NCBI GenBank assembly: GCA_964490075.1
Contig: CAZBBK010000045.1
Span: 1-44,780 of the forward strand
Direction: 5' to 3'
Origin: an uncultured Gemmatimonadota bacterium
GTDB taxonomy: Bacteria; GCA-2686955
DNA: 44,780 bases
Each line of letters begins with the position of its first letter. The first letter of the stretch is position 1. Both the position numbers and the translations under genes were made by a program. This document shows, piece by piece, positions 36,757 to 44,780 of the stretch. Under the pieces are notes generated by a model. That model searched no databases, was not told the origin of the DNA, and was given only the letters and a program-made list of their open reading frames with translations.

Positions 36757-36953
36757 ACGACTTTTTCTTTTTTTCACGGCGGAATAGAGGTGCCGAGGCG
36801 CGTGGCTGGTCAATCGGCGGACAGCGCCGAAAGCGTTGGAGAGGGCATCGGCGGGCGCCGATCTAGAGAAAGAGGGGCCGGAACCGACGAATCGACCAGA
36901 CGCGCCCGCCCACCTGGGGCGACGCGCGGCGCCGGGACACGACGGAGAAGCCG

Positions 36954-37238
36954 ATGCACGCTCGCCTCGCCACCCGCCCACGCTCCCTGCCCACGACCAT
37001 GGCGGATCGAGCAGTCATGGCCCTCTTCTTTCCCTCCATCCTGGCCATGGGACTGGTCGACCGCGCGCTGCGCCTGGCCCGCCGCCGCAGCGTCGAGTCG
37101 CGCGCTCGGACGCAGGCGCTCTGCGAGAGCTGCCGCCTGATCCGCGAGATCTGCGACGAAGAAGACCACGCCTGGCAGCGCGGCACCGGGGCCTATCGCT
37201 ACGCCCCGGTGGTCTACGGCAGACCCAGCCTCAACTAG
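36954..37238 (+). CDS. small hypothetical protein
   Basis: GGAG RBS before ATG, hydrophobic stretch, CxxC...C; fills the gap convergent with etfA. Confidence 0.45.
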   Translation: MHARLATRPRSLPTTMADRAVMALFFPSILAMGLVDRALRLARRRSVESRARTQALCESCRLIREICDEEDHAWQRGTGAYRYAPVVYGRPSLN

Positions 37239-37265
37239 TGAGACTGTCGCGAAAGCCGGGGAGCA

Positions 37266-38246
37266 TCAGTCGGCCCGCAGCTCGCGAATCGCTTCGGTGA
37301 GCGCCGGAACCACCTCGAAGAGGTCGCCCACGACGCCGTAGTCTGCGATCTTGAAGATCGGCGCCTCGGGATCCTTGTTGATCGCCACGATGCACTTCGA
37401 GGAGTTCATGCCCGCGAGGTGCTGGATCGCGCCGGAGATCCCGGCCGCCACGTAGAGCGCCGGCGAGACCACCTTGCCGGTCTGGCCGACCTGCACGTCA
37501 TGACCGACCCAGCCGGCGTCGACCACCGCCCGCGAGGCTCCAACCGCCGCATCCAACACCTCGGCCAGATCCTCCAGGACCGACCAGTGCTCGGGTCCCT
37601 TGATTCCGCGGCCGCCCGACACCACGGTCTCGGCTTCGGAGACGTCGATCTTGCCCCCTTCCGAGCGTTCCACGCTGGTCACTCGGGAGGCGAGATCGGC
37701 ATCGTCGAGGTCGATCTGCATCGGCTCGGATCCGCAGGAGCGCCCCGGATCGGCCGCCAGCGGAGGCACGCTGTTCGGTCTCAGGGTCGCCATACGCGGC
37801 GCACCGGGGGCGATCTCGATGGTGGCAACCGCCTTGCCCGACATCACCGGACGCTCGCAGACCAGGACATCGCCCTCGAGGCTGAGCGCCGTGACGTCCG
37901 AGGCCAGACCGGCATCGAGCTTGGCGGCGACTCTGGCCGCAAGGTCCTTCCCCTGGGCTGTGGCCGCGCACAGGCAGATGTCGGCGCCGGCCGCCTGCAC
38001 GGCCGCGGCGATCAGCTTCGCGGCTCCGGTCGGCGAGTAGAGCTCCAGGCGCGCATCGTCGGCCACCCACACCTTGTCCGCGCCGTGCTGCCCGAGCGTG
38101 GACGCCAGCGCTCCCACCCCGGACCCGACGATTCCCGCCGCCACCTCTGCATCACCGGCCAGGGCGCGGGCCGCCGCCAGCGCCTCCAGGCTGGCCTTCT
38201 TGATCGCGCCCTCGCGCTGCTCTACGTATACGAAAACTCGGCTCAT
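37266..38246 (-). CDS. etfA: electron transfer flavoprotein alpha subunit
   Basis: [43 protein letters not shown] 38246 after GGAGG. Confidence 0.95.
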   Translation of the reverse strand: MSRVFVYVEQREGAIKKASLEALAAARALAGDAEVAAGIVGSGVGALASTLGQHGADKVWVADDARLELYSPTGAAKLIAAAVQAAGADICLCAATAQGKDLAARVAAKLDAGLASDVTALSLEGDVLVCERPVMSGKAVATIEIAPGAPRMATLRPNSVPPLAADPGRSCGSEPMQIDLDDADLASRVTSVERSEGGKIDVSEAETVVSGGRGIKGPEHWSVLEDLAEVLDAAVGASRAVVDAGWVGHDVQVGQTGKVVSPALYVAAGISGAIQHLAGMNSSKCIVAINKDPEAPIFKIADYGVVGDLFEVVPALTEAIRELRAD

Positions 38247-38358
38247 GATTCCTCCTGCGCAGGCGACCGCAGTGGGCGGTCGGCGCTGCGTCGATCTCGA
38301 GTGTGGCCGGGAGAACCGGTCCACACGGGCAGACTCCCCAGGTCGGGTCGTCTCATCG

Positions 38359-39150
38359 TCAAATCACCTTGGCTTGTTCACGGAGCAGCCTGGCCAGATT
38401 GCGGGCCTGCTCGCCGGCGTCGGCACCTTCGACCAGGCGACCCGGCGCGCGCTCCGGCGGATTGGCGAAATGCCGCACCTTGACGCCGGCACCCGCGGCT
38501 CCCAGCTCGGAGGGATCGATGCCGATCTCGTTCGGAGTCAGGCGAGTCAGGGGCTTGCGTTTGGCTTTCATGATCCCCGGCAGGGAAGCGAAGCGCGGCT
38601 CGCCGAGCCCCTTCTGGCAGGTGATCAGCCCCGGCAGGGGCAGCTCGACGATCTCGTGCCCGCCCTCGATCTCGCTGTGGCAGGTGGCACGGCCGCCGTC
38701 CTCGGCGATCTCGAGCTCTACGACGACGCTGGCGTGAGGGATGCCGAGCAGCTCGGCCACCCGGATCCCCACCTGCGCGCCATCGGAGTCGATCGCCTGC
38801 TTGCCGGCAAGGACCAGGTCGAAGTCGCCGATGTGGCGGCAGGCGGCCGCCAGAGCCCGTGCGGTGGAGCGGGCGTCTCCGCCCTGGAACGCCTCGTCGG
38901 AAAGCAGGTAGGCGTCGTCGGCGCCCATCGCCAGCCCCTTGCGGATATCGGCTTCGCAGCGGTCGGGGCCGAGCGTGACGAGAGTCACGGTGGCACCGCG
39001 CCCATCCTTCAGCTTCAGGGCCGCCTCGATCGCGTACTCGTCGTAAGGATTCAGCTCGTAGCCGAAGTCGGCCTCGTTGAGCGCCCCCTCCGCCGCACTC
39101 ACGCGGGTGTCGGACTTGGGCACGCTCTTCACCAGAACTAGGATCTTCAT
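38359..39150 (-). CDS. etfB: electron transfer flavoprotein beta subunit
   Basis: LNPYDEYAIEAA, AMGAD, GKQAIDSD, EPRFASLPGIMKAK. Confidence 0.95.
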   Translation of the reverse strand: MKILVLVKSVPKSDTRVSAAEGALNEADFGYELNPYDEYAIEAALKLKDGRGATVTLVTLGPDRCEADIRKGLAMGADDAYLLSDEAFQGGDARSTARALAAACRHIGDFDLVLAGKQAIDSDGAQVGIRVAELLGIPHASVVVELEIAEDGGRATCHSEIEGGHEIVELPLPGLITCQKGLGEPRFASLPGIMKAKRKPLTRLTPNEIGIDPSELGAAGAGVKVRHFANPPERAPGRLVEGADAGEQARNLARLLREQAKVI

Positions 39151-39239
39151 ACATTCCTCTCCGCGCCGCCCCGGAGCCGGAGGCGAACGACGGCAGCGGT
39201 CCGCCCACCACGACGCGATGAGCGACCAGATGTTGGCTG

Positions 39240-40046
39240 TCAGTCGGTGGGCGGGCAGTGCCGCTCGGGATCGCCCGCGACCGGATCGATCATACCCGAT
39301 CGATCGTCCAATTGCCGCAACGCGTCACGGGCGGCCTGGACTTCCGCCTCGCGCTTGCTCGATCCCCGTCCCGCGCCGAGGATTCGCTGCCCCATCGTCA
39401 CCTCGACGCAGAAGATCCGATCGTGCGCCGGGCCGCTCGCGGAACGAACGATGTACTTCGGAGGCTCCTGAGTACCGGTGTCCTGAATCAGCTCCTGCAA
39501 CTGGTTCTTGGGATTCAGATAGGCTCCGGTGCGCTCCAGTTCGCCGGCGAGGTGCAGCAGGTGGGCTTGGAGCAGCTGCTGCGCCGCACCGACCCCGGCG
39601 TCGAGGAAGAGCGCCCCGATCACTGCCTCGAAGGCATCGGCCAGGATCGATTCACGATCCCGACCGCCGCGCCGATCTTCCGCCGTGGAGAGGCTGATCC
39701 AGGGACCCAGGTCGATCGAGCGGGCCGCGTCGGCCAGGGTTTCGCGACGCACCAGGGCGGATCGGAGCTGGGTCAGATCGCCTTCGCCCAGAGTCGGAAA
39801 CTCGACGTAGAGAAAGCGCGCGACCAGCATTCCCAGCACCGCGTCGCCGAGAAACTCCAGGCGCTCGTTCGACGCGGCGCGGCCGGCCTCTTCGGTGTGC
39901 GCGTGCGAGCGGTGGCAGAGAGCCTGGCGCAGCAGCGCCGGATCGGCGAAGCGGTGGCGCAGCGTCGTCTCCAGCTCGGCCAGCGGCCGCGTGCCGCGCC
40001 GCGCCGCCAGCGCGCGCCGCAGCCAGGCGCGCAGCTTCTCAATCAT
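39240..40046 (-). CDS. rnc: ribonuclease III
   Basis: NERLEFLGDAVL signature, DAFEAVIGA, dsRBD NPKNQLQE; start ATG 40046. Confidence 0.95.
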   Translation of the reverse strand: MIEKLRAWLRRALAARRGTRPLAELETTLRHRFADPALLRQALCHRSHAHTEEAGRAASNERLEFLGDAVLGMLVARFLYVEFPTLGEGDLTQLRSALVRRETLADAARSIDLGPWISLSTAEDRRGGRDRESILADAFEAVIGALFLDAGVGAAQQLLQAHLLHLAGELERTGAYLNPKNQLQELIQDTGTQEPPKYIVRSASGPAHDRIFCVEVTMGQRILGAGRGSSKREAEVQAARDALRQLDDRSGMIDPVAGDPERHCPPTD

Positions 40047-41289
40047 CGGCGTGGGCGCGGAACGCCAACGTGACGTTGTGCCCCCCGAAACCCAGGGAGT
40101 TCGAGATGGCGGCGGCGATCGACGCCGGGCGTGCTCGTGCCGGAACGTAGTCCAGATCGCAGTCCGGATCGGGGTTCTGGTAGTTGAGGGTGGGCGGGAC
40201 CAGACCGTGTTGCAAGCTGAGCACCGTCGCGACGCTCTCGAGACCCCCGGCGGCACCCAACAGGTGACCGGTCATCGACTTGTTCGAGCTGACCAGGAGC
40301 CGCTCGGCGTGGTCGCCGAACACCGTACGCAGCGCCGCGGTCTCGGTCTTGTCGTTGAGCGGCGTGGAGGTGCCGTGAGCGTTGACGTGCCCGACCTCGC
40401 CCGGATCGAGGGCGGCGTCGGCGAGCGCCAGCTCCATGGCGCGCGCGGCGGCAACGCCGTCGGGATGGGGCATGGTGATGTGGTAGGCGTCGGCGGTCGC
40501 GCCGTAGCCGGCCAGCTCGGCGAAGATCCGCGCCCCCCGCTCCCGCGCGTGTGCGTGCTCCTCGATCAGCAGCACGCCGGCCCCCTCGCCCAGGACGAAG
40601 CCGTCGCGCTCGGCGTCGAATGGCCGGCTGGCCCGCTCCGGCTCGTCGTTGCGCCTCGAGAGCGCCCCCATCTTGGCGAAGGAGGCCATGGAGAAGGGCG
40701 TGACCGCCGCCTCGGCACCGCCGGCGACGACCAGATCGCAGTCGCCGCGGCGGATCGCCCGCAGCCCCTCCCCCACCGCGTGGGCGCCGGAAGAGCAGGC
40801 GGAGACCGGTGCATAGTTGATGCCGCGGGCGCCGATCCGAATCGCCACCTGGCCGCTCGCCATGTTGGCGATCATCATCGGGATCGCCAGCGGTCCCGCG
40901 CCGCCGGGGCCGCGCGCCTGCAGCCGCGCGTGCTGGACTTCGAAGGTCTCGAGCCCGCCGATTCCCGAGCCGATGATCACCCCGACCCGAAAGGGATCGA
41001 CCTCTTGCAGGTCGATCGCAGAGTGGGCGAGTGCCTGCTGGGTCGCCGCCATCGCGTACTGGCAATAGCGGTCGCTACGGCGGATTTCCTTGCGGTCCAT
41101 CCACTGCGCCGGATCGAAGCCGGCCACCTCGCCGGCGAAGCGGACCGGGAAAGCGCAAGCATCGAAGCGGGTGATCGCACCGATCCCGCTGCGCCCCGCG
41201 CACAGGGCGCTCCAGTAATCGGAGAGCGTCGATCCGAGCGGAGAGACCACGCCCAGACCGGTCACCACCGCGCGTCGGGCAGGAGTCAT
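40039..41289 (-). CDS. fabF: beta-ketoacyl-ACP synthase II
   Basis: SACSSG, NAHGTST, GHLLGAAG, SNSLGFGGHN. Confidence 0.95.
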   Translation of the reverse strand: MTPARRAVVTGLGVVSPLGSTLSDYWSALCAGRSGIGAITRFDACAFPVRFAGEVAGFDPAQWMDRKEIRRSDRYCQYAMAATQQALAHSAIDLQEVDPFRVGVIIGSGIGGLETFEVQHARLQARGPGGAGPLAIPMMIANMASGQVAIRIGARGINYAPVSACSSGAHAVGEGLRAIRRGDCDLVVAGGAEAAVTPFSMASFAKMGALSRRNDEPERASRPFDAERDGFVLGEGAGVLLIEEHAHARERGARIFAELAGYGATADAYHITMPHPDGVAAARAMELALADAALDPGEVGHVNAHGTSTPLNDKTETAALRTVFGDHAERLLVSSNKSMTGHLLGAAGGLESVATVLSLQHGLVPPTLNYQNPDPDCDLDYVPARARPASIAAAISNSLGFGGHNVTLAFRAHADD

Positions 41290-41320
41290 CGGCCTCTATC
41301 TTCACACTGCCGGAGCAGGA

Positions 41321-41560
41321 TCAGTCGGCGATCTTCTCCGCCAGGTACTCGATGACCGAGCCGACGGTGGTGACCTTCTCGGCGTCCTCGTCGGGGATCT
41401 CGATCTCGAACTGCTCTTCGAATGCCATCACCAGCTCGACGGTGTCGAGCGAGTCGGCGCCGAGATCGTCGATGAAGGACGCCTCGGGGACCACCTGGGC
41501 CGGATCGACGTTCAACTGCTCGACGATGATTTCCTTGACCCGTTCCTCGAGCGAAGCCAT
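41321..41560 (-). CDS. acpP: acyl carrier protein
   Basis: [21 protein letters not shown] 41560 after GGAGG. Confidence 0.97.
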   Translation of the reverse strand: MASLEERVKEIIVEQLNVDPAQVVPEASFIDDLGADSLDTVELVMAFEEQFEIEIPDEDAEKVTTVGSVIEYLAEKIAD

Positions 41561-41716
41561 GTCTTGAATCCTCCGTTTTGTTTTCGAACCGCTCCAACGG
41601 TTCGGGAGCCGGTTCGACGATGCTCGGGTACTCCTTCGCATCGTCGACCGGGGTTGTGCCTTTCTTCAACTTCGATCGGCGCAGCCGCGCGCGAACCGCA
41701 CGGACCGCAGGAAGAA

Positions 41717-42463
41717 CTAGCCCATCGTCAGCCCGCCGTCGACCACGAAAATCTGGCCGGTGATGTAGCGCGCGCGATCGGACGCCAGGAAGAGCGTGAT
41801 GTCGGCGATGTCCTGCGGCTCGCCCAGGCGCCCCAGGGGCACGCGAGAGAGTAGCCCTTCTCGGGCGTCGTCGGGCATGCCCTGCAGCATCTCGGTGTCG
41901 ATCATGCCGGGAGCGACCACATTGACGCGGATGTTGCGCGGCGCCAGCTCGCGAGCCAAGGTCATGCTCAGACCGTTCAGTCCTCCCTTCGCGGCGGCGT
42001 AGTTCGCCTGCCCGGGATTGCCGATTCGGCCGGTGACCGAGGAGATGTTGACGATCACGCCGGATCGCTGGCGCATCAGCGGCCGCGCGGCGGCGCGCAT
42101 CACGTTGTAAGGACCGCTCAGGTTGGTGTCGATGACCTGCCGCCACTCCTCGCTCTTCATGCGCACCAGCAGGTTGTCGCGGGTCACGCCGGCATTGTTC
42201 ACCAGGATGTGCAGACCGCCGAGCCGCTCGATGCAGGCCGCCACCAGGCCGGCGGCGGCCGCCTCGTCGGCGACGTCGGCGGGGAGGGCCAGGGCGGTTC
42301 CGTCGCGATCGCCGATGGCGCCCGCCACCTCCGCCAGCAGCGCCTCGTTGCGGCCGTTGCAGGCAACCTTGGCGCCAGCGCTCGCCAGGGTCTCGGCGAT
42401 GGCGCGGCCGATGCCGCGGCTGGCCCCGGTCACCAGGGCCACCTTGTCGTGCAGGTCGATCAT
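41717..42463 (-). CDS. fabG: 3-oxoacyl-ACP reductase
   Basis: TGASRGIG, NNAGVTRDNL, YAAAK; start ATG 42463. Confidence 0.95.
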   Translation of the reverse strand: MIDLHDKVALVTGASRGIGRAIAETLASAGAKVACNGRNEALLAEVAGAIGDRDGTALALPADVADEAAAAGLVAACIERLGGLHILVNNAGVTRDNLLVRMKSEEWRQVIDTNLSGPYNVMRAAARPLMRQRSGVIVNISSVTGRIGNPGQANYAAAKGGLNGLSMTLARELAPRNIRVNVVAPGMIDTEMLQGMPDDAREGLLSRVPLGRLGEPQDIADITLFLASDRARYITGQIFVVDGGLTMG

Positions 42464-42494
42464 CTCGTCTCCAGGAAGTCCGCGCCCCGAACCC

Positions 42495-43433
42495 TCAATC
42501 GAGCCCCCTGAGCGCCTCTTGCAGGTTGGCCGGATCGGAGATCGCCCGGCCGGCGGCGGCACGGTCGATCTTGCGCAGCAGGCCGCTGAGGACCTTGCCC
42601 GGCCCCAGCTCCAGGAATGTCGTCACGCCCGCGGCGACCATCCACTCGATGGTCTCGACCCAGCGCACCGGAGCGGTGAGCTGCGCTTCGAGCGCCGGTC
42701 GGACATTCTCCGCGCTGCGCAGGGGCTGGGCGGATGCATTGGCGACCACGGGGAAGGCGGGGTCGCGCAGAGCGGCACGCCCGAGCGCCGCCCCCAGCTC
42801 GCGCGCGGCCGGCGCCATCAGCTCGCTGTGGAAGGCGCCGCTCACCGGCAGCCGCAGGGCTCGCCGCGCACCGCCGGCCCGCGCCAGCTCCATCGCCTGC
42901 TCGACGCCGTGCACCTCGCCGGAGACCACGGTCTGAGAGGGGGCGTTGAAGTTGGCGGCCTGCACCACCGCGCCGCTCTGGGCCGCCGCTTGGGCGGCGA
43001 TCTCCACCACCCTCTCGGCAGCGAGCCCCAAGATGGCCGCCATCGCGCCGGGCCGCTCGACGCCGGCGTGAAACATCAGCTCCCCGCGCAGGCGGGCGAT
43101 CTCGAGTCCCTCCATCAGCTCCAAGGTGCCGGCCGCGTGCAGCGCGCTGTACTCGCCCAGGCTGTGGCCCGCGGCGGCCGCGACGTCGAGCCCCCGGTCG
43201 CGCACCAGGCGCCAGCAGGCGGCACTGTGCAGGTAGATCGCGGGCTGGGTGTTGCGGGTCTCGCGCAGCGCCTCCTCGGGGCCTTCGAACATCAGCCGCG
43301 AAAGGGAGAAGCCGAGGCCCTCGTCCGCCTCTTCGAAGAGCAGGCGCAGCTCGGGGAAGGCCTCGGCGAGCTCGCGGCCCATGCCGACGTGCTGCGAGCC
43401 TTGCCCGGGAAAGAGCAAGCCGATTCGGGTCAT
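42495..43433 (-). CDS. fabD: malonyl-CoA:ACP transacylase
   Basis: FPGQGSQ, GHSLGEY, VSGAFHS; start ATG 43433. Confidence 0.95.
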   Translation of the reverse strand: MTRIGLLFPGQGSQHVGMGRELAEAFPELRLLFEEADEGLGFSLSRLMFEGPEEALRETRNTQPAIYLHSAACWRLVRDRGLDVAAAAGHSLGEYSALHAAGTLELMEGLEIARLRGELMFHAGVERPGAMAAILGLAAERVVEIAAQAAAQSGAVVQAANFNAPSQTVVSGEVHGVEQAMELARAGGARRALRLPVSGAFHSELMAPAARELGAALGRAALRDPAFPVVANASAQPLRSAENVRPALEAQLTAPVRWVETIEWMVAAGVTTFLELGPGKVLSGLLRKIDRAAAGRAISDPANLQEALRGLD

Positions 43434-43456
43434 CGTTCGATGCTCACGACGCCGGG

Positions 43457-43639
43457 TCAGTCCACATCGATCGGGACGATTTCTCGCCCGGCGTAGTAGC
43501 CGCACGAGGGGCAGACCCGGTGTGGCAACGAATGCGCGCCGCAGTTGCTGCACAGGGCGAGATTGGTCTGGGTCACGCGCCAGTTGGCGCGGCGCTTGTC
43601 GCGGCGCGCTTTCGAGTGTCGTCTCTTGGGTGTGTTCAC
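43457..43639 (-). CDS. rpmF: 50S ribosomal protein L32 (Zn-binding form)
   Basis: PKRRHSKARRDKRR, CSNCG...PHRVCPSCGYY; GTG start overlaps the yceD stop. Confidence 0.92.
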   Translation of the reverse strand: MNTPKRRHSKARRDKRRANWRVTQTNLALCSNCGAHSLPHRVCPSCGYYAGREIVPIDVD

Positions 43640-44190
43640 GGTTCGGGCTCCGGTTGCTCCTGCTCGGAGGTCGGTGGGCCGCTGCTCAGGGAGCGCAGGG
43701 CCGACCAGCGTGGGTCGGCCCTTTCTTCCGGGCACGAGCAGGGGCTCTGATTGAGATTGGCGCCACAGCGCATGCACAGTCCCGCGCAGGCGGGATCGCA
43801 GAGCGGCTTGGCGGGATATTCGATGATGAGGATCTCACGAAGATCGGAGCTCAGGTCCAGCTCGCCGGTCTCCTCCACCCACACCGGGTTGCTCGCCACG
43901 GCATCGCTGGAAGGATCGAACACCAGCTGGGTCTTCGCTTCGATCTGGGTCCTGGCCGGCTCGAGACAGCGGGCACAGGGGCTTTCCACCTCCACGGCGG
44001 CGAGGACGGCGATTCGCACCCGGCGATGGGTATCGACATCGACGTCGACCTGGATCTCGACGGGCGATTCCGCTCGAGTGTCCTGGCAGTTCAGGTCGAA
44101 CAGCTCGCCCGTGGCGGTCCAGCGCAAGCTCGTTCGACCGACCGGCAGGTCTCCGACACGGATCCGGAAATCTCGATCGATTCGCGACAC
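43636..44190 (-). CDS. yceD: YceD/DUF177 family protein
   Basis: CARCLEP, KPLCDPACAGLCMRCGANLN, DPRWSAL; conserved position upstream of rpmF. Confidence 0.88.
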   Translation of the reverse strand: MSRIDRDFRIRVGDLPVGRTSLRWTATGELFDLNCQDTRAESPVEIQVDVDVDTHRRVRIAVLAAVEVESPCARCLEPARTQIEAKTQLVFDPSSDAVASNPVWVEETGELDLSSDLREILIIEYPAKPLCDPACAGLCMRCGANLNQSPCSCPEERADPRWSALRSLSSGPPTSEQEQPEPEP

Positions 44191-44272
44191 GATGCCTGAT
44201 CCCCCGAGGTTGCAGCGAGAGACTGCTCGTTCGGTGCAAAACGAGGAAACTAGCCGCTCCGACGCCGCGCGG

Positions 44273-44704
44273 TCAACGATCGTCGTGAACCGCCAGCAAA
44301 TCGACGCTCGAAAAGAAGAAGGGGATCTCCTGCTCGGCGGTCTGGGGTGCGTCGGAGGCGTGCACGCAGTTCTCTTGTTTGTTGGCGGCAAACTCCGCGC
44401 GGATGGTGCCCGGCGCCGCCTCTGCGGGATCGGTCGCCCCGATCACCACTCTGAGATGGTTGATGGCGGACTCGCGGCGCAGCGCCAGCGCATAGATCGG
44501 TCCCGAAGTCATGAAGTCGACCAGCGCCGCGTAGAAGGGGCGCTCGGCGTGGACGGCGTAGAAGGCGCGGGCCGCGTCGACGCCCAGGCGCAGCTTGCGA
44601 ATCGCCAGCACCTCGAAGCCCTCCTGCTCCAGGCGGCCCAGAATCGGTCCCGCCAGGGCACGGCGCGTGGCGTCGGGCTTGATCAGGCAGAGGGTGGTTT
44701 CCAT
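44273..44704 (-). CDS. ndk: nucleoside diphosphate kinase
   Basis: LIKPDA, FMTSGP, PGTIRA, NCVHASD. Confidence 0.96.
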   Translation of the reverse strand: METTLCLIKPDATRRALAGPILGRLEQEGFEVLAIRKLRLGVDAARAFYAVHAERPFYAALVDFMTSGPIYALALRRESAINHLRVVIGATDPAEAAPGTIRAEFAANKQENCVHASDAPQTAEQEIPFFFSSVDLLAVHDDR

Positions 44705-44780
44705 CGTCGTTTCTCCATTCGATCTCGCGGCTTGGCCGCCCGATTCGGGCCGGGCGGAAAGAGGGATTGGGTAGCTTAGG

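Overview
A high-GC bacterial chromosomal segment with about 38 credible genes; the many proteins ending in NPFNP/FlgD-type C-terminal domains suggest an FCB-superphylum-like or related candidate lineage (inference). The right end is housekeeping: ndk, yceD-rpmF-fabD-fabG-acpP-fabF-rnc (no plsX or fabH) and etfBA. The left part has lexA, surE, secreted hydrolases and peptidases, a MEMO/AmrB protein, an RpoD paralogue and a DksA/TraR protein. The most striking feature is a ~14 kb minus-strand operon (36415 to 22439) behind a consensus sigma54 promoter. It encodes Wza, Wzc, a single-chain FliF-ring/FliG rotor fusion, FlbD/SwrD, MotA, MotB, an integrin-like FG-GAP/Ig adhesin with a T9SS type-B-like tail, a PorV/PorP-like barrel with a long coiled coil and TPRs, an SLBB-LCP protein and a CruF-like protein. 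No export, rod, hook or switch genes are present in the window, so this is a candidate flagellum-derived rotary machine coupled to an adhesin and a polysaccharide. Four sigma54-type -24/-12 sites point to a regulon that includes the RpoD paralogue. A 176-nt rod-like intergenic hairpin and a LexA-operator-like direct repeat were also found. No rRNA, tRNA, CRISPR array or mobile element was recognised. All family calls come from motif recognition by eye, not database searches.
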